Shown here piece by piece: positions 38,596 to 51,200 of a stretch of 64,000 bases of DNA. The stretch spans positions 128,001 to 192,000 of the forward strand of contig DAHVQG010000001.1 in NCBI GenBank assembly GCA_027317865.1, written 5' to 3'. Origin of the DNA: Bdellovibrionales bacterium (GTDB lineage: Bacteria; Bdellovibrionota; Bdellovibrionia; Bdellovibrionales; UBA1609). Each line of letters opens with the position of its first letter. Within the stretch, counting starts at the first letter, position 1. The notes below the pieces were generated by a model. The model was not told the DNA's origin. It worked only from the letters and a program-made list of their open reading frames with translations, and searched no databases. A program made the position numbers and the translations under genes.

Positions 38596-38756
38596 ATCAA
38601 CAAACAAAACTTTTGACTCGCTGAGCGCAGCTCCGTATATGTGAGCGTTACGTGTAAAGCACGAGGTAATACTGTGTGCTTGCGCGCGAGAGGCTAGCGA
38701 GCATCCATTTGCGTACATTGATTGGTGAAGTCTGTTTGTCGCGTGCGTGATTGTGT

Positions 38757-38832
38757 GCTGGGTTAGCTCAATTGGTAGAGCAGCTGATTTGTAATCAGCA
38801 GGTTGCGGGTTCGAGTCCCATACCCAGCTCCA
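38757..38832 (+). tRNA. tRNA-Thr(TGT)
   Basis: Acceptor GCTGGGT/ACCCAGC, anticodon loop TTTGTAA, GTTCGA, encoded CCA. Confidence 0.95.
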
Positions 38833-38878
38833 GATGGTTTGATAGAAGAAGGAAGTGTACAGGCAAACCTGGGATATT

Positions 38879-38965
38879 GGAGAGATGCCCGAGCGGCTAA
38901 AGGGGACAGACTGTAAATCTGTTGGCTCAACGCCTACGAAGGTTCGAATCCTTCTCTCTCCACCA
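38879..38965 (+). tRNA. tRNA-Tyr(GTA)
   Basis: Acceptor GGAGAGA/TCTCTCC, loop CTGTAAA, long variable arm, CCA. Confidence 0.96.
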
Positions 38966-39022
38966 ATCGAGCGGAACAATTGAGCGGCGAAAGCAAGAAG
39001 TGTGAGGAGAAAAATAGAATCG

Positions 39023-39099
39023 GCGGGAGTAGCTCAATTGGCTAGAGTATCAGCCTTCCAAGCTGAGGGTTGCGGGTTCGAGACCCGTCTCCCGCTCCA
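39023..39099 (+). tRNA. tRNA-Gly(TCC)
   Basis: Acceptor GCGGGAG/CTCCCGC, loop CTTCCAA, CCA. Confidence 0.96.
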
Positions 39100-39116
39100 A
39101 CAGGAATGAAGACTGG

Positions 39117-39191
39117 GCCCACATAGCACAGGGGTAGTGCACACCCTTGGTAAGGGTGAGGTCGTGAGTTCAAGTCTCACTGTGGGCTCCA
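39117..39191 (+). tRNA. tRNA-Thr(GGT)
   Basis: Acceptor GCCCACA/TGTGGGC, loop TTGGTAA, CCA; classic thrU-tyrU-glyT-thrT-tuf order. Confidence 0.95.
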
Positions 39192-39288
39192 TATGAATAA
39201 GAATAGAGCGCTAAAAAAGCGCGGAGAAATTAGGTAGAGAAGTTTTTTTAAATTAGGTAAACAACATCCGATCGAGGAGGAAAAACAC

Positions 39289-40479
39289 ATGTCCAAAGAA
39301 AAATTTGACCGGTCGAAACCGCATATCAATATCGGAACCATCGGCCACGTCGACCACGGTAAAACAACATTGACTGCTGCCATTACAAAAGTGATGTCAG
39401 AAACATATGGTGGCTCAGCTTTGGCCTACGATCAAATTGATAAAGCTCCCGAAGAAAAAGAACGTGGAATTACCATTTCAACTTCGCACGTTGAGTATCA
39501 AACAGCAAAACGTCACTATGCGCACGTCGACTGCCCTGGGCACGCTGACTACGTTAAAAATATGATCACCGGTGCGGCGCAAATGGATGGCGCGATTCTT
39601 GTTGTTTCGGCCGCTGACGGTCCGATGCCTCAAACGCGAGAGCACATTTTGCTTGCTCGCCAAGTTGGTGTTCCGGCCATTGTTGTGTTTATGAACAAAG
39701 TGGACATGGTGGATGACGCTGAACTTCTCGACCTTGTCGAACTCGAAGTGCGTGAACTTTTGTCGAAATATGAATTCCCTGGCGACGACATCCCGATCAT
39801 TCGCGGCTCGGCCTTGAAGGCGCTCGAAGGTGACAAAAGTGAACTTGGCGCACCGGCGATCGTAAAATTGATGGAGGCTTGTGACAGCTACATCAAAGAA
39901 CCGCAACGCGTGACGGATAAGCCCTTTCTTATGCCGATTGAAGACGTGTTTTCAATCTCTGGCCGCGGAACAGTGGTCACGGGCCGTATCGAACGTGGCG
40001 TGATTAAAGTTGGCGAAGAAGTTGAAATCGTCGGGATTCGACCGACCACAAAAACAACAGTGACTGGAATTGAAATGTTCCGAAAGCTTCTTGATGAAGG
40101 TCGCGCGGGCGACAACGCGGGCTGTTTACTTCGTGGAACAAAAAAAGAAGAAGTGGAGCGCGGACAAGTATTGGCAAAACCAGGCACGGTAAATCCGCAC
40201 AAAAAATTCAAATGTGAAGCGTACGTTCTGACGAAAGAAGAAGGCGGGCGACATACGCCATTCTTTAACGGTTATCGGCCGCAATTTTATTTTAGAACTA
40301 CCGACGTTACCGGGGTTACGACTTTGAAAAAGGGCACAGAAATGGTAATGCCGGGCGATCGTACTGAAATGGAAATTGAGTTGATCACGCCAATCGCGAT
40401 GGAAAAGGAATTGCGTTTTGCTATTCGCGAAGGCGGCCGTACGGTTGGCGCTGGTGTCGTAACAGAGATATTGGAGTAA
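39289..40479 (+). CDS. tuf: Elongation factor Tu
   Basis: [24 protein letters not shown] and NKVD. Confidence 0.99.
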   Translation: MSKEKFDRSKPHINIGTIGHVDHGKTTLTAAITKVMSETYGGSALAYDQIDKAPEEKERGITISTSHVEYQTAKRHYAHVDCPGHADYVKNMITGAAQMDGAILVVSAADGPMPQTREHILLARQVGVPAIVVFMNKVDMVDDAELLDLVELEVRELLSKYEFPGDDIPIIRGSALKALEGDKSELGAPAIVKLMEACDSYIKEPQRVTDKPFLMPIEDVFSISGRGTVVTGRIERGVIKVGEEVEIVGIRPTTKTTVTGIEMFRKLLDEGRAGDNAGCLLRGTKKEEVERGQVLAKPGTVNPHKKFKCEAYVLTKEEGGRHTPFFNGYRPQFYFRTTDVTGVTTLKKGTEMVMPGDRTEMEIELITPIAMEKELRFAIREGGRTVGAGVVTEILE

Positions 40480-40502
40480 CAGAAGCGAACAGTTTTTACA
40501 GG

Positions 40503-40579
40503 AGGGCAGTAGCTCCAATTGGTAGAGCAGCGGACTCCAAATCCGCGTGTTGTGGGTTCGAATCCCTCCTGCCCTGCCA
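40503..40579 (+). tRNA. tRNA-Trp(CCA)
   Basis: Acceptor AGGGCAG/CTGCCCT, loop CTCCAAA, G discriminator, CCA. Confidence 0.95.
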
Positions 40580-40610
40580 ATTTAAACTGAAGCAACTGTA
40601 GAAAGCATAA

Positions 40611-40991
40611 ATGGAAAAACAGACGACTCGAAAAATTATAACGTTGAGTTTTGTGTGTGCGGCGATAATTGCCTATATAGTCGTCAATGTGATTTTTCGC
40701 GCGATGGCGGGGGCGTTTGGTCCCGTCGCGCGCTATTACAGTATAGATTGGCTCAACAATGGTCTTCCGGTTGCGGCGGCATTTATCACTTTTGTCAGCT
40801 TGCAGTTTAACAAGAAAATCGTGGCGTGGGCAGAAGATGTGGTAATCGAGGTCAGTAAAGTCGTATGGCCGACCGGTAGAGATACGTTTACCATGACGGC
40901 CGTTGTCTGCTTCTTTTGTGGAATTTCAGCGGTTCTTTTGATGACCATCGACTTTGTGGCGAAAAATTTAGTTCAATTTATTATTCAGTAG
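40611..40991 (+). CDS. secE: Preprotein translocase SecE (3-TM type)
   Basis: EVSKVVWPT motif, TM segments, position before nusG. Confidence 0.92.
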   Translation: MEKQTTRKIITLSFVCAAIIAYIVVNVIFRAMAGAFGPVARYYSIDWLNNGLPVAAAFITFVSLQFNKKIVAWAEDVVIEVSKVVWPTGRDTFTMTAVVCFFCGISAVLLMTIDFVAKNLVQFIIQ

Positions 40992-41005
40992 GCGCGAGGG
41001 TATCG

Positions 41006-41548
41006 GTGGATAATGCAGAAGAATTAAAATGGTACGTCGTAAACACACATTCCGGCAGCGAATCTGCGGCAAAGGCGTCAATTGAAGAAAAGGCCAGAAT
41101 CAAAAAGCTTGAGAAATATTTTGGGCAAATATTGATTCCCCAAGAAAATGTTGTGGAGTTGGTTAAAGGTAAAAAAGCAACTCGCGCGCGCAAATTTTTC
41201 CCCGGCTATATTTTTGTACAAATGAAACTTTCAGACACCACTTGGCACCTTGTGAAGAGTGCAAGCAAGGTGACGGGATTTTTGGGTGGTGGCAATAGGC
41301 CGTCACCAGTCCCAGAATCTGAAGTGTTGAAAATAACTAAGCAGATGGAAACCGGCGCCGAACGGCCGAAGGCGAAAATATCTTTTTCAATAGGTGAGCC
41401 GGTTACAGTCATTGACGGTCCTTTTAATAATTTTCAAGGAACTGTTGAAGAAATTAATGAAGAAAAGGGCAAGGTTAAGGTCCTAGTCAGTATTTTTGGC
41501 CGGCCGACGCCCGTTGAACTTGATTTTGTTCAAGTAGAGAAAAGTTAA
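41006..41548 (+). CDS. nusG: Transcription factor NusG
   Basis: [23 protein letters not shown] and [13 protein letters not shown] start at 41006. Confidence 0.97.
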   Translation: MDNAEELKWYVVNTHSGSESAAKASIEEKARIKKLEKYFGQILIPQENVVELVKGKKATRARKFFPGYIFVQMKLSDTTWHLVKSASKVTGFLGGGNRPSPVPESEVLKITKQMETGAERPKAKISFSIGEPVTVIDGPFNNFQGTVEEINEEKGKVKVLVSIFGRPTPVELDFVQVEKS

Positions 41549-41569
41549 ACAAGAAAGAGTGGGTGCCAA

Positions 41570-42007
41570 ATGGCAAAAAAAGTGCAAGCCCAGATCAAGC
41601 TGCAAATACCGGCAGGGAAGGCAAATCCAGCTCCTCCCGTTGGACCGGCGCTCGGACAACAAGGTGTTAATATTATGGAGTTCTGCAAGCAGTTTAATGC
41701 TAAAACGCAGAGCTTGGGTGACACAGTCATTCCCGTGATTATCACGGTATATAGTGATCGCTCATTTACGTTCATAACAAAAACGCCGCCAGTCTCGATC
41801 TTGATCAAAAAGGCGATCAAATTGGAGAGTGGATCAAAGAACCCTGGGCGAGAAAAAGTGGCAAAGATTACGGCAGAACAAATTAAGCAGATTGCGCAAG
41901 TAAAATTACCGGATCTGAATGGTGTAACCCTTGAAGCTGCAATTGCCCAGGTTACAGGAACGGCGCGTTCGATGGGCGTTGAAGTCCCTAAAGCGGGAGG
42001 TGAATAA
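41570..42007 (+). CDS. rplK: 50S ribosomal protein L11
   Basis: [13 protein letters not shown] and GTARSMG. Confidence 0.98.
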   Translation: MAKKVQAQIKLQIPAGKANPAPPVGPALGQQGVNIMEFCKQFNAKTQSLGDTVIPVIITVYSDRSFTFITKTPPVSILIKKAIKLESGSKNPGREKVAKITAEQIKQIAQVKLPDLNGVTLEAAIAQVTGTARSMGVEVPKAGGE

Positions 42008-42702
42008 TGGCGAAAAGATTTGAAGCCGCGAAATCAAAGGTGAATCGCGGGCAAGCTTATTCACCGGATAAAGCGATCGAGTTGGCCGTCAATACGGCCA
42101 CCGCCAAATTTGATGAGTCGATTGATGTTGCTGTGAAGTTAGGCGTCGACCCCACGCAATCCGATCAACAGGTGCGTGGTGCCATCGCATTACCCCACGG
42201 GCTGGGCAAAGCCGTACGAGTCATTGTGTTTGCAAAGGGCCCAAAGGAGCAAGAAGCGAAAGCGGCCGGCGCGGATGTTGTCGGAGCTGACGATTTGGTG
42301 GCAAAGATCAATGAAGGTTGGCTCGATTTTGACAAGGCGATTGCGACACCTGATATGATGGCCGTCGTTTCGAAGGTCGCAAAAGTTTTGGGCCCGAGAG
42401 GACTTATGCCCAATCCGAAAGTCGGAACGGTCACCATGAATGTGAGTGCAACTGTGGCGGCTGAGAAAAAAGGTAAACTGGCATTTCGTGTTGAAAAAGC
42501 CGGAATTGTTCACGCCAGCATCGGAAAAAAATCAATGGGCCAACAAAAGCTTACAGATAATTTTTTGGCATTTATGGGCGCAATTATTAAGGCCAAACCC
42601 GCAGCGAGCAAAGGTATCTATCTTCAGTCGATTACCGTTTCTTCGACAATGGGTCCCGGCGTGAAAGTGGATGTTGCCGATACGTCCGCTAAAATAAGTT
42701 AA
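42007..42702 (+). CDS. rplA: 50S ribosomal protein L1
   Basis: [16 protein letters not shown] and STMGPG. Confidence 0.98.
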   Translation: MAKRFEAAKSKVNRGQAYSPDKAIELAVNTATAKFDESIDVAVKLGVDPTQSDQQVRGAIALPHGLGKAVRVIVFAKGPKEQEAKAAGADVVGADDLVAKINEGWLDFDKAIATPDMMAVVSKVAKVLGPRGLMPNPKVGTVTMNVSATVAAEKKGKLAFRVEKAGIVHASIGKKSMGQQKLTDNFLAFMGAIIKAKPAASKGIYLQSITVSSTMGPGVKVDVADTSAKIS

Positions 42703-42743
42703 GGAGAGAAATTAAAATTCGAATAGAGTTTAACAATTTAATG

Positions 42744-42882
42744 GATCGCCGTTGGAGACAGCCGGTACGCAATCAATACGCGTTTAATTGCCAAGCACCG
42801 TTTTTGGAGTTTGGCAGCCTGCCGAGACGAGAGAGAGTGAACATGAAATGCTCACCCGTCATCTCCCAAAGAGCGACGGATC
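42744..42882 (+). promoter_or_regulatory. Ribosomal protein L10 leader (autoregulatory mRNA structure)
   Basis: GAGACAGCCGG...TTAA...CCTGCCGAG core in the rplA-rplJ spacer, with complementary flanks. Confidence 0.7.
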
Positions 42883-42901
42883 ATTGAGGAGGTGAGTTTG
42901 A

Positions 42902-43438
42902 ATGATCACAAGAGAATCTAAAGAACAAGAAATTTCTGAAATTTCTGAGCGCCTTGCAAAAGCCAAAGCGGCATTTGTTGTCGACTTCAAAGGGCTGAAT
43001 GTTGAAAAGGTCACAAAATTTAGAAAGTTATTGAGTCCTATTCAGTCGGAAATGAAAGTGGTTAAAAACACGCTCGCTTATCGCGCTTTAAATGAGCATG
43101 AAGCGTTCAAGGGACCGCTTGAGGGCAAGTTGACGGGTAACAACGCGTTTGTATTCGCGTATGAAGACGTTAGCGCATCCGCAAAAGCCGTGACCGCGTT
43201 TGCAAAAGAAAACGAAGAACTGGTTTTAAAAACGGGCGTGATGGATGGCCGGCTACTCGATGAAGCCCAGATTAAATTTTTGGCTACGTTGCCTGGCAAA
43301 CCAGAACTTCAGGCTAAACTGTTGGGAACGTTACAGGCGCCATCGCAGAAATTTGTGTCACTTTTAAACCAAGTACCAAGCTCGTTTGTGCGTTTGTTGG
43401 CTGCTTACCGCGATAAAGTTGGCGGAACAGCTGCGTAG
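42902..43438 (+). CDS. rplJ: 50S ribosomal protein L10
   Basis: VVKNTL and LATLP; synteny. Confidence 0.96.
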   Translation: MITRESKEQEISEISERLAKAKAAFVVDFKGLNVEKVTKFRKLLSPIQSEMKVVKNTLAYRALNEHEAFKGPLEGKLTGNNAFVFAYEDVSASAKAVTAFAKENEELVLKTGVMDGRLLDEAQIKFLATLPGKPELQAKLLGTLQAPSQKFVSLLNQVPSSFVRLLAAYRDKVGGTAA

Positions 43439-43502
43439 GATTATATAAAATTAATTTAACCTTACAGATGATGAATCTGTCGTTATGACGAAGGAGAAAA
43501 AC

Positions 43503-43883
43503 ATGTCACTCTCGAAAGAACAAGTAGTTGATTACTTATCAAGCATGCCGGTTATGGAACTGGCCGAAATGATCAAAACCCTTGAAGAAAAATGGGGTGT
43601 TTCCGCGGCTGCTCCCGTAGCGGTTGCAGCGGTTGGCGCAGCTGGAGCTGGGGCCGCAGCTGCCGAAGAAAAAACCGAATTCACAGTTGTTTTGGCTGAC
43701 GCCGGGGCGAACAAAATTAACGTCATTAAAGAAGTCCGAACTCTTACCGGTCTTGGGCTAAAAGAAGCTAAAGATCTCGTAGAAGGTGCTCCAAAAACGG
43801 TGAAGGATGGCGTTTCGAAAGCCGATGCGGAAAAAATGAAAGAAGCACTGACAAAAGCTGGTGCAAAAGTTGAAATTAAATAA
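43503..43883 (+). CDS. rplL: 50S ribosomal protein L7/L12
   Basis: [11 protein letters not shown] and [27 protein letters not shown] before ATG 43503. Confidence 0.98.
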   Translation: MSLSKEQVVDYLSSMPVMELAEMIKTLEEKWGVSAAAPVAVAAVGAAGAGAAAAEEKTEFTVVLADAGANKINVIKEVRTLTGLGLKEAKDLVEGAPKTVKDGVSKADAEKMKEALTKAGAKVEIK

Positions 43884-43911
43884 ATCATTTTTGTTAGATT
43901 GCAAAAATGAA

Positions 43912-43939
43912 CCAGCGAGACGCGAGTGCGCCTCGCTGG
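43912..43939. terminator. GC-rich hairpin in rplL-rpoB spacer (possible attenuator/processing site)
   Basis: CCAGCGAG ACGC GAGT GCGC CTCGCTGG inverted repeat. No clear U-tract on the + strand. Confidence 0.4.
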
Positions 43940-44009
43940 GATTGTCGTTAAGTGTTAATAATGAGCGTTTAGCCCACGGTGTGGCGGCTTTGCGCGAAGG
44001 GAGCCAAGA

Positions 44010-47000
44010 ATGAATTTAACTCCAGTGACTGCCTCGAACATTCGGTTGCGACGCAGTTTTGCGAGAACAAAACAATACACGGATATTCCCAACTTGATTG
44101 AGCTTCAAAAGAAATCGTATGAGGGCTTTTTGCAGAAGGACGTCGATGCAGATCGACGCGGCAATGAGGGCCTCAACGGTGTTTTTAAATCCGTGTTTCC
44201 GATCGCAGATTTTAACAATACGGCTAATCTGGAGTTTGTCAGTTACACTCTCGAGCCACCCAAATATGACGTCGATGAATGCCGTCAGCGTGGTATGAGT
44301 TACGCGACGCCCTTGAAAGTGACGTTCCGTCTCATTGTATTTGATGTTGACGAAGAAACCGAAGCGCGAAGCATTCGGGATGTTAAAGAACAAGAAGTAT
44401 ATCTTGGTGAAATCCCGCTTATGACCACAAACGGTTCGTTCATCATCAATGGAACCGAACGGGTGGTTGTGAGTCAGCTCCACCGTTCGCCGGGTGTATT
44501 TTTCGATCATGACAAAGGTAAAAACAACGCAAGCGGAAAATTTATATACTCCGCGCGAGTCATTCCATATCGTGGGTCGTGGCTTGATTTTGAATTTGAT
44601 CAAAAAGATTTATTGTATGTGCGGATTGATCGCCGCCGTAAATTTCCAGTTACAATATTATTGAAAGCTCTTGGTTACTCGACTGAAGAATTGCTTAAAT
44701 TCTTCTACCATATTGATACAGTTCGAGTGAGCAAAGACGGCCGGTTCTTGCGTGATCTAGACATTGAAAAGTTGGCCGGGCAAAGAGCAATTTCTGACAT
44801 CAATGATCCCAAGACAAAAGAAAATATTGTGAAAGCGGGCCGTAGAATCACGCGTGCGGTCGTCAAGCGTGTGCAGGCCGCGGGGATTAAAGAATTAGAA
44901 GTTGCCCAAGCGGATCTCGACGGTAAGGTCATCGCAAGCCCTATTATCGATGAGTCAACAGGCGAAATCATAGCTGACGCCAATGCCGAGATGAACGGCG
45001 ATATTATTAGTGCGGCCTTAGCGGCTGGTATACGCGAATTTCATGTCATATTCTTTGACGGCCTTTCGGTCGGACCCTATTTGCGGAATACGCTTCTCAT
45101 TGATAAAGTCGCAACGAAAGAAGAGTCTCTTATTGAAATCTACAAACGTCTTCGTCCCGGCGAACCACCGACGGACGAAGCCGCGACTACTTTTTTTCAT
45201 CGGCTGTTTTTTGATCCTGAGACGTATGATCTAAGCGAAGTGGGCCGGTTGAAAATCAATCACCGGTTTTCAATTCCGTTTGAAGAATGTCCGGTTTCGC
45301 ATCGTACGCTGACCCAAAAAGATATTTTGCTCGTTGTGAAAACCCTAATCGATTTGAAAAACGGGCAAGGAAAAACCGATGATATCGACCACCTGGGTAA
45401 TAGGCGTGTCCGCTCAGTCGGTGAGCTTCTTGAAAATCAATATCGAATCGGACTTGTGCGTATGGAGCGTGCCATTCGCGAGCGCATGAGCCTTCAAGAT
45501 GTCGAAACGATGATGCCGCACGATCTGGTGAACGCAAAACCAGTCAATGCGGTTGTGAAAGAATTTTTTGGTTCAAGTCAATTGTCGCAATTTATGGATC
45601 AAACAAACCCGCTTTCAGAAATTACACATAAGCGGCGTTTGTCGGCGCTTGGGCCAGGCGGTTTGACTCGTGATCGTGCGGGGTTTGAAGTGCGTGACGT
45701 GCATCCGACCCACTATGGGCGAATTTGCCCGATTGAGACCCCTGAAGGTCCGAATATCGGGTTAATCGCATCGCTGGCTACTTACGCTAGAATAAATAAT
45801 TATGGTTTTATCGAAACTCCTTATCGAAAAGTCGAAGGCGGCAAGGTCGATAAAAACATTATGTATATGTCAGCTCTTGAGGAGCAGGGCCACCACATTG
45901 CGCAGGCTGGTCGCGGTACTAAAGAAGACAAACTCACCGATGAGAACGTAACGGTTCGAAAAGACGGCGAGTACGAGGTTGTCGATCGCGAGAAAGTTTC
46001 GCTGATGGATGTCTCACCCAGTCAGTTGGTCTCGATCGCGGCATCTCTCATCCCGTTTCTTGAACACGACGACGCAAACCGCGCGCTTATGGGATCAAAC
46101 ATGCAACGGCAAGCGGTGCCGGTGATTCGCCCTCGTGCTCCTCTTGTCGGGACTGGAGTCGAACGTCTTGTGGCGCGTGACTCTGGCACAAGTGTTGTCT
46201 GCCAAAATGAAGGAATTGTGGAGCAAGTGGACGCTGAACGCATTGTCGTCCGCAGAATCGGAAAAGGCGGCAAACTCGGCGCGAACGTCGACATTTATAA
46301 TCTTACAAAATATCAGCGCACAAACCAAAACACGTGTTTTAACCAGCGCCCGATTGTGAATATGGGCGATCATGTGCAAAAAGGTGATGTGATTGCCGAC
46401 GGGCCTTCAACTGAATTGGGTGAGTTGGCCCTAGGGCAGAACATTCTCGTCGCGTTTACACCGTGGATGGGCTACAACTACGAAGATTCGATTCTTATTT
46501 CTGAGCGTCTAATAAAAGAAGATGTTTACACTTCAGTTCACATAGAAGAATTTGAGTGTGTCGCACGCGATACGAAACTCGGTAAAGAGGAGATCACGCG
46601 CGACATCGCCAATGTTGGCGAAGAAGCGCTCGCTGACCTCGACAGTAGCGGGATCATTCGAATTGGTGCTGAAGTGCGCCCTGGCGACATTTTGGTCGGT
46701 AAGGTGACTCCTAAAGGTGAAACCCAACTTTCGCCTGAAGAGAAACTTTTACGCGCGATCTTTGGCGAAAAAGCCGGGGATGTTCGCGACACCTCGCTGC
46801 GAGTGCCGTCAGGTGTCTCGGGCACTGTCATCGATGCACAAGTTTACAGCCGTGATGGCGCTTCTAAGGACGAGCGGCTACAAACGATTTTGCAACAAAA
46901 GCGCGAGAAGCTCGAAAAGGACATGACGGTTGAACAAAACGTGATTCGCAATAGTGCGATCGACAAACTCAAAGACGTCGTAGTTGGCAAAAAGACGACG

Positions 47001-48206
47001 GGAGTTTTGTTGAGTGAAGATGGATCGCAAAAGTTATTGGTGAAAGACCAAACGATTGCAGCTGATGACTTAGAAACGATTCCATTCGAACTACTCAGTT
47101 ATGTTCCGCTAGAGCAGGAACTCGAGTTTCAGGTGACAAAAATCATGGACGCCGCACGTAATCAACTTGATGCGGTGAAAATGGTTTTTAGTGAAAAATT
47201 CGATCGATTGTCGAAAGGCGATGACCTCCCGCCGGGAGTTATCAAAATGGTTAAAGTTTACGTGGCAATTAAACGTAAACTTCAAGTTGGCGATAAGTTC
47301 GCGGGGCGGCACGGTAATAAAGGTGTTATTTCTCGGGTGCTTCCTGAAGAAGACATGCCGTATTTAGCGGATGGCTCGCCAGTTGACATGGTTTTGAACC
47401 CGCTTGGTGTGCCTTCTCGTATGAATATTGGCCAAGTTCTTGAAATTCACTTGGGTTGGGCCGCTCACGGCCTCGGCCAGAAACTGCAAAAAGTTTTAGA
47501 GGCATATCAAGACGCCGAAGCGAGAAAAGCCTTGAAGGATTCGTTATCTGATCCAGATTTGGCGAAAGTGATTGACCAGGCCGATGAGACGTCTCTGCGA
47601 AAAATGTTGCGACAAGTCCGCAATGGGATTCATGTCGCGACTCCGGTATTCGATGGAGCTTTGGAATCTGATGTCAAAGAGCTATTGAAAAAAGCGGAAC
47701 TTCCGTTATCCGGTCAGACCGTGCTGTTTGACGGCCGAACTGGAGAACCTTTTCAAAATCCAGTTACCGTCGGGATTATGTACATGCTCAAACTTCACCA
47801 CTTGGTTGAAGAGAAAATACACGCGCGCTCGATCGGACCATATTCACTCGTTTCGCAGCAGCCACTCGGCGGTAAGGCTCAGTTTGGCGGGCAGCGACTA
47901 GGCGAGATGGAAGTCTGGGCGATCGAGGCTTATGGGGCCGCTTATTCACTCCAAGAGTTTTTGACCGTTAAATCTGACGATGTTGCGGGACGGACACGCA
48001 TGTATGAAAGCATTGTCAAAGGCGAGAACGTCTTGGAGCCCGGGTTGCCCGAATCGTTCAACGTTTTGGTGAAGGAGCTTCAATCGCTCGCGTTGAATGT
48101 GGAGTTGATCGAGTCGGATATTTTGACTGAAAAGCCAAAATTTGAAGACGGTGAAAACGGCGCAGCACCGGAGGGTGAAACGCCAAGCCCGGCTGCCGAG
48201 CATTGA
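44010..48206 (+). CDS. rpoB: RNA polymerase beta subunit
   Basis: [41 protein letters not shown] and GGQRLGEME. Confidence 0.99.
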   Translation: MNLTPVTASNIRLRRSFARTKQYTDIPNLIELQKKSYEGFLQKDVDADRRGNEGLNGVFKSVFPIADFNNTANLEFVSYTLEPPKYDVDECRQRGMSYATPLKVTFRLIVFDVDEETEARSIRDVKEQEVYLGEIPLMTTNGSFIINGTERVVVSQLHRSPGVFFDHDKGKNNASGKFIYSARVIPYRGSWLDFEFDQKDLLYVRIDRRRKFPVTILLKALGYSTEELLKFFYHIDTVRVSKDGRFLRDLDIEKLAGQRAISDINDPKTKENIVKAGRRITRAVVKRVQAAGIKELEVAQADLDGKVIASPIIDESTGEIIADANAEMNGDIISAALAAGIREFHVIFFDGLSVGPYLRNTLLIDKVATKEESLIEIYKRLRPGEPPTDEAATTFFHRLFFDPETYDLSEVGRLKINHRFSIPFEECPVSHRTLTQKDILLVVKTLIDLKNGQGKTDDIDHLGNRRVRSVGELLENQYRIGLVRMERAIRERMSLQDVETMMPHDLVNAKPVNAVVKEFFGSSQLSQFMDQTNPLSEITHKRRLSALGPGGLTRDRAGFEVRDVHPTHYGRICPIETPEGPNIGLIASLATYARINNYGFIETPYRKVEGGKVDKNIMYMSALEEQGHHIAQAGRGTKEDKLTDENVTVRKDGEYEVVDREKVSLMDVSPSQLVSIAASLIPFLEHDDANRALMGSNMQRQAVPVIRPRAPLVGTGVERLVARDSGTSVVCQNEGIVEQVDAERIVVRRIGKGGKLGANVDIYNLTKYQRTNQNTCFNQRPIVNMGDHVQKGDVIADGPSTELGELALGQNILVAFTPWMGYNYEDSILISERLIKEDVYTSVHIEEFECVARDTKLGKEEITRDIANVGEEALADLDSSGIIRIGAEVRPGDILVGKVTPKGETQLSPEEKLLRAIFGEKAGDVRDTSLRVPSGVSGTVIDAQVYSRDGASKDERLQTILQQKREKLEKDMTVEQNVIRNSAIDKLKDVVVGKKTTGVLLSEDGSQKLLVKDQTIAADDLETIPFELLSYVPLEQELEFQVTKIMDAARNQLDAVKMVFSEKFDRLSKGDDLPPGVIKMVKVYVAIKRKLQVGDKFAGRHGNKGVISRVLPEEDMPYLADGSPVDMVLNPLGVPSRMNIGQVLEIHLGWAAHGLGQKLQKVLEAYQDAEARKALKDSLSDPDLAKVIDQADETSLRKMLRQVRNGIHVATPVFDGALESDVKELLKKAELPLSGQTVLFDGRTGEPFQNPVTVGIMYMLKLHHLVEEKIHARSIGPYSLVSQQPLGGKAQFGGQRLGEMEVWAIEAYGAAYSLQEFLTVKSDDVAGRTRMYESIVKGENVLEPGLPESFNVLVKELQSLALNVELIESDILTEKPKFEDGENGAAPEGETPSPAAEH

Positions 48207-48273
48207 TAGGATTTGTTTATAACGAGTGCGACTCGGCGGTAGCGATACAAAGCCGACGCACGGAGGAGTCAAA

Positions 48274-51200
48274 GTGAAAGACCTATTGAACTTTTTTGAT
48301 AAACCGAAGGATCCACTGTCATTTCATGCCGTGCGAATTTCGCTGGCCTCAGCCGAAATGATTCGTGAGTGGTCACATGGTGAAGTGAAAAAACCAGAAA
48401 CTATCAACTATCGTACATTTAAACCCGAGCGTGACGGTTTATTTTGCGCAAAAATTTTCGGGCCGATAAAAGACTATGAATGTCTGTGCGGCAAATATAA
48501 ACGCATGAAGTATCGGGGAGTGGTCTGCGAAAAATGTGGCGTTGAGGTAACGCAATCAAAAGTTCGTCGTGAACGACTTGGTCACATTGAGCTTGCGACA
48601 CCGGTTGCGCACATTTGGTTTTTAAGGTCATTGCCAAGTCGGATTGGTAATCTCCTGAACATGACGTTGAAAGACGTCGAAAAGGTTCTATATTGCGAAG
48701 CCTACGTCGTCGTCGATCCGATGGAAACGGCCCTCGAAGAATTCCAAGTTCTGACCGAAGAAGCCTACCAATCGGCATTGGCAGAGCACGGCCCCAACTT
48801 CAAAGCGATGATGGGCGGAGAGGCGATTCTTGAGCTTCTTAAAAAAGTGGATATCGAGTATCTATCCCGCAAACTACGGATGGATTTAAAAGAAACGAAA
48901 TCCGATGCGCAAATCAAAAAGCTATCGAAACGGCTCAAAGTCGTCGAAGCGTTTAAGGGTTCAATAAATAAACCAGAATGGATGATGCTCGCCGCGCTGC
49001 CCGTTATTCCCCCGGATTTGCGCCCCTTGGTGCCCTTAGATGGCGGCAGGTTTGCGACGTCCGACTTGAATGACCTCTATCGGCGTGTGATTAACCGAAA
49101 TAATCGACTGCGGCGGCTCGAAGAACTCAATGCTCCGGACATCATTATTCGAAATGAAAAGCGAATGCTTCAAGAGGCCGTGGATGCGCTCCTTGATAAT
49201 GGTCGGCGTGGCAAAACGTTTACCGGTCCGAACAAACGTCCACTGCGTTCGTTGAGCGATATGCTTAAAGGTAAACAAGGGCGGTTTCGTCAAAACTTGC
49301 TCGGTAAGCGCGTGGACTATTCTGGCCGATCCGTGATTGTAGTGGGTCCCGAGTTGAAACTGCATCAGTGCGGGTTGCCAAAAAAGATGGCGCTCGAACT
49401 TTTCAAGCCTTACGTTTACAACAAACTTGAAGAGCGTGGATTTGCCACAACTATCAAACAAGCGAAAAAGCTCGTTGAAGAAGAAGAAGTCGAAGTTTGG
49501 GATATCCTCTCAGAAGTTGTGAAAGAACATCCTGTGCTTCTTAACCGCGCCCCTACGCTTCACCGCCTCGGTATTCAGGCATTCGAGCCGATTTTGCATG
49601 AAGGTAAAGCGATTCAGTTACATCCGCTTGTCTGTACGGCATTCAATGCGGACTTCGACGGAGACCAAATGGCCGTACACGTACCGCTTTCTGTCGAAGC
49701 GCAAGTTGAAGCTCGTGTCCTGATGATGTCGACCAACAATATATTGAGCCCGGCGCACGGCAAACCGATCATCAATCCTTCTCAAGATATCGTACTCGGG
49801 ATTTATTGGATGACGCGTATTCGGGTTGGCGCCAAAGGAACAGGAAAAATCTTTAGCGGCATAGATGAAGCGATCTATGCTTTTGAAACGGGCCAAATTG
49901 ATTTGCAAGCGGCGTGTAAGGTGCGAATTCATGGCAAAGTCCAAGAGACGAGCGTCGGCCGTGCAATTTTGAGTGACATTGTGCCGCGCGAAGTTCCGTT
50001 TGAGGCAATCAATCGCGTGATGACAAAGAAAACGATCGCAAATTTGATCGATTCGTCATTCCGTTTAGCGGGCGCAAAGTCCACGGTGATTTTGGCTGAT
50101 AAATTAATGCGTCTTGGGTTTAAGTTTTCAACCCAAGCCGGTATTTCGATTTGCATCGACCATATGGCGATTCCCGCAAATAAAGAAAAATTGTTGAAGG
50201 ATGCCGAAAAGCAAGTCTTTGAGATTAAACGTCAGTATGACGAGGGTCTCATTACCGATGGTGAACGGTACAACAAAGTCGTCGATATTTGGGCACAGAC
50301 AGCGGATAAAGTGGCTAAAGAAATGATGACCAATCTTGAGACTCAGACCTTTAAAATCGAAGGTAAAGAAGTCGAAAGTGCCAGTTTTAACCCGATCTTC
50401 ATTATGGCTGATTCGGGTGCGAGAGGTAGTGCCGCACAGATTCGTCAATTGGCCGGAATGCGGGGATTAATGGCTAAGCCCTCCGGTGAAATTATTGAAA
50501 CGCCGATTACCGCGAATTTTCGTGAGGGTCTTACCGTTCTACAATACTTCATTTCTACGCACGGTGCCCGTAAGGGTCTGGCCGATACGGCGTTAAAAAC
50601 GGCGAATTCGGGTTATCTGACACGGCGACTTGTCGACGTGGCCCAAGACGTGATCGTGACTGAAATCGATTGCGGTACCACGGATGGAATGACAATTACC
50701 CCGCTGCTCGAAGGTGGTGAAGTTATTCAGCCGATTGGGGAGCGTATTTTGGGTCGTGTTGTGCTTGAAGATATAACCGATCCCTACACAAACGAAGTGA
50801 TTGTCGCCGCCAATGAAGAAGTAACCGAAGATGTTGTACGAAAATTAGATGAAGCGGGTATTGAACGCGTGCAAATTCGTTCCGTACTCACTTGTAAAGC
50901 GCATCGTGGCGTTTGCGTGAAATGTTACGGCCGCGATTTGGCTCGTGGTAGTATCGTCAATCTTGGCGAAGCCGTCGGCATTATAGCAGCGCAATCAATT
51001 GGTGAGCCGGGCACACAGCTGACCATGAGAACCTTCCACTTAGGTGGAGCGGCGTCCCGTGCGGTTGAACAATCCGTGCATACGGCCCGTCACGAAGGAA
51101 CGGTCAAGTTTCACGATGTGCACGCCGTCGCCAATCGCACAGGCAAGCTCACCACACTTAGCCGCAACGGAGAAATCGCAACTGTTGATAACAGTGGGCG

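Noticed and set aside
38596-38756. Possible ncRNA upstream of the tRNA cluster
   Set aside because: It has only weak hairpins and an imperfect TTGACT-N17-TATATG promoter. It is best explained as the promoter and leader of the tRNA-tuf operon.
38527-38979. 150-aa minus-strand ORF
   Set aside because: It is antisense to tRNA-Thr and tRNA-Tyr, a typical spurious tRNA-shadow ORF.
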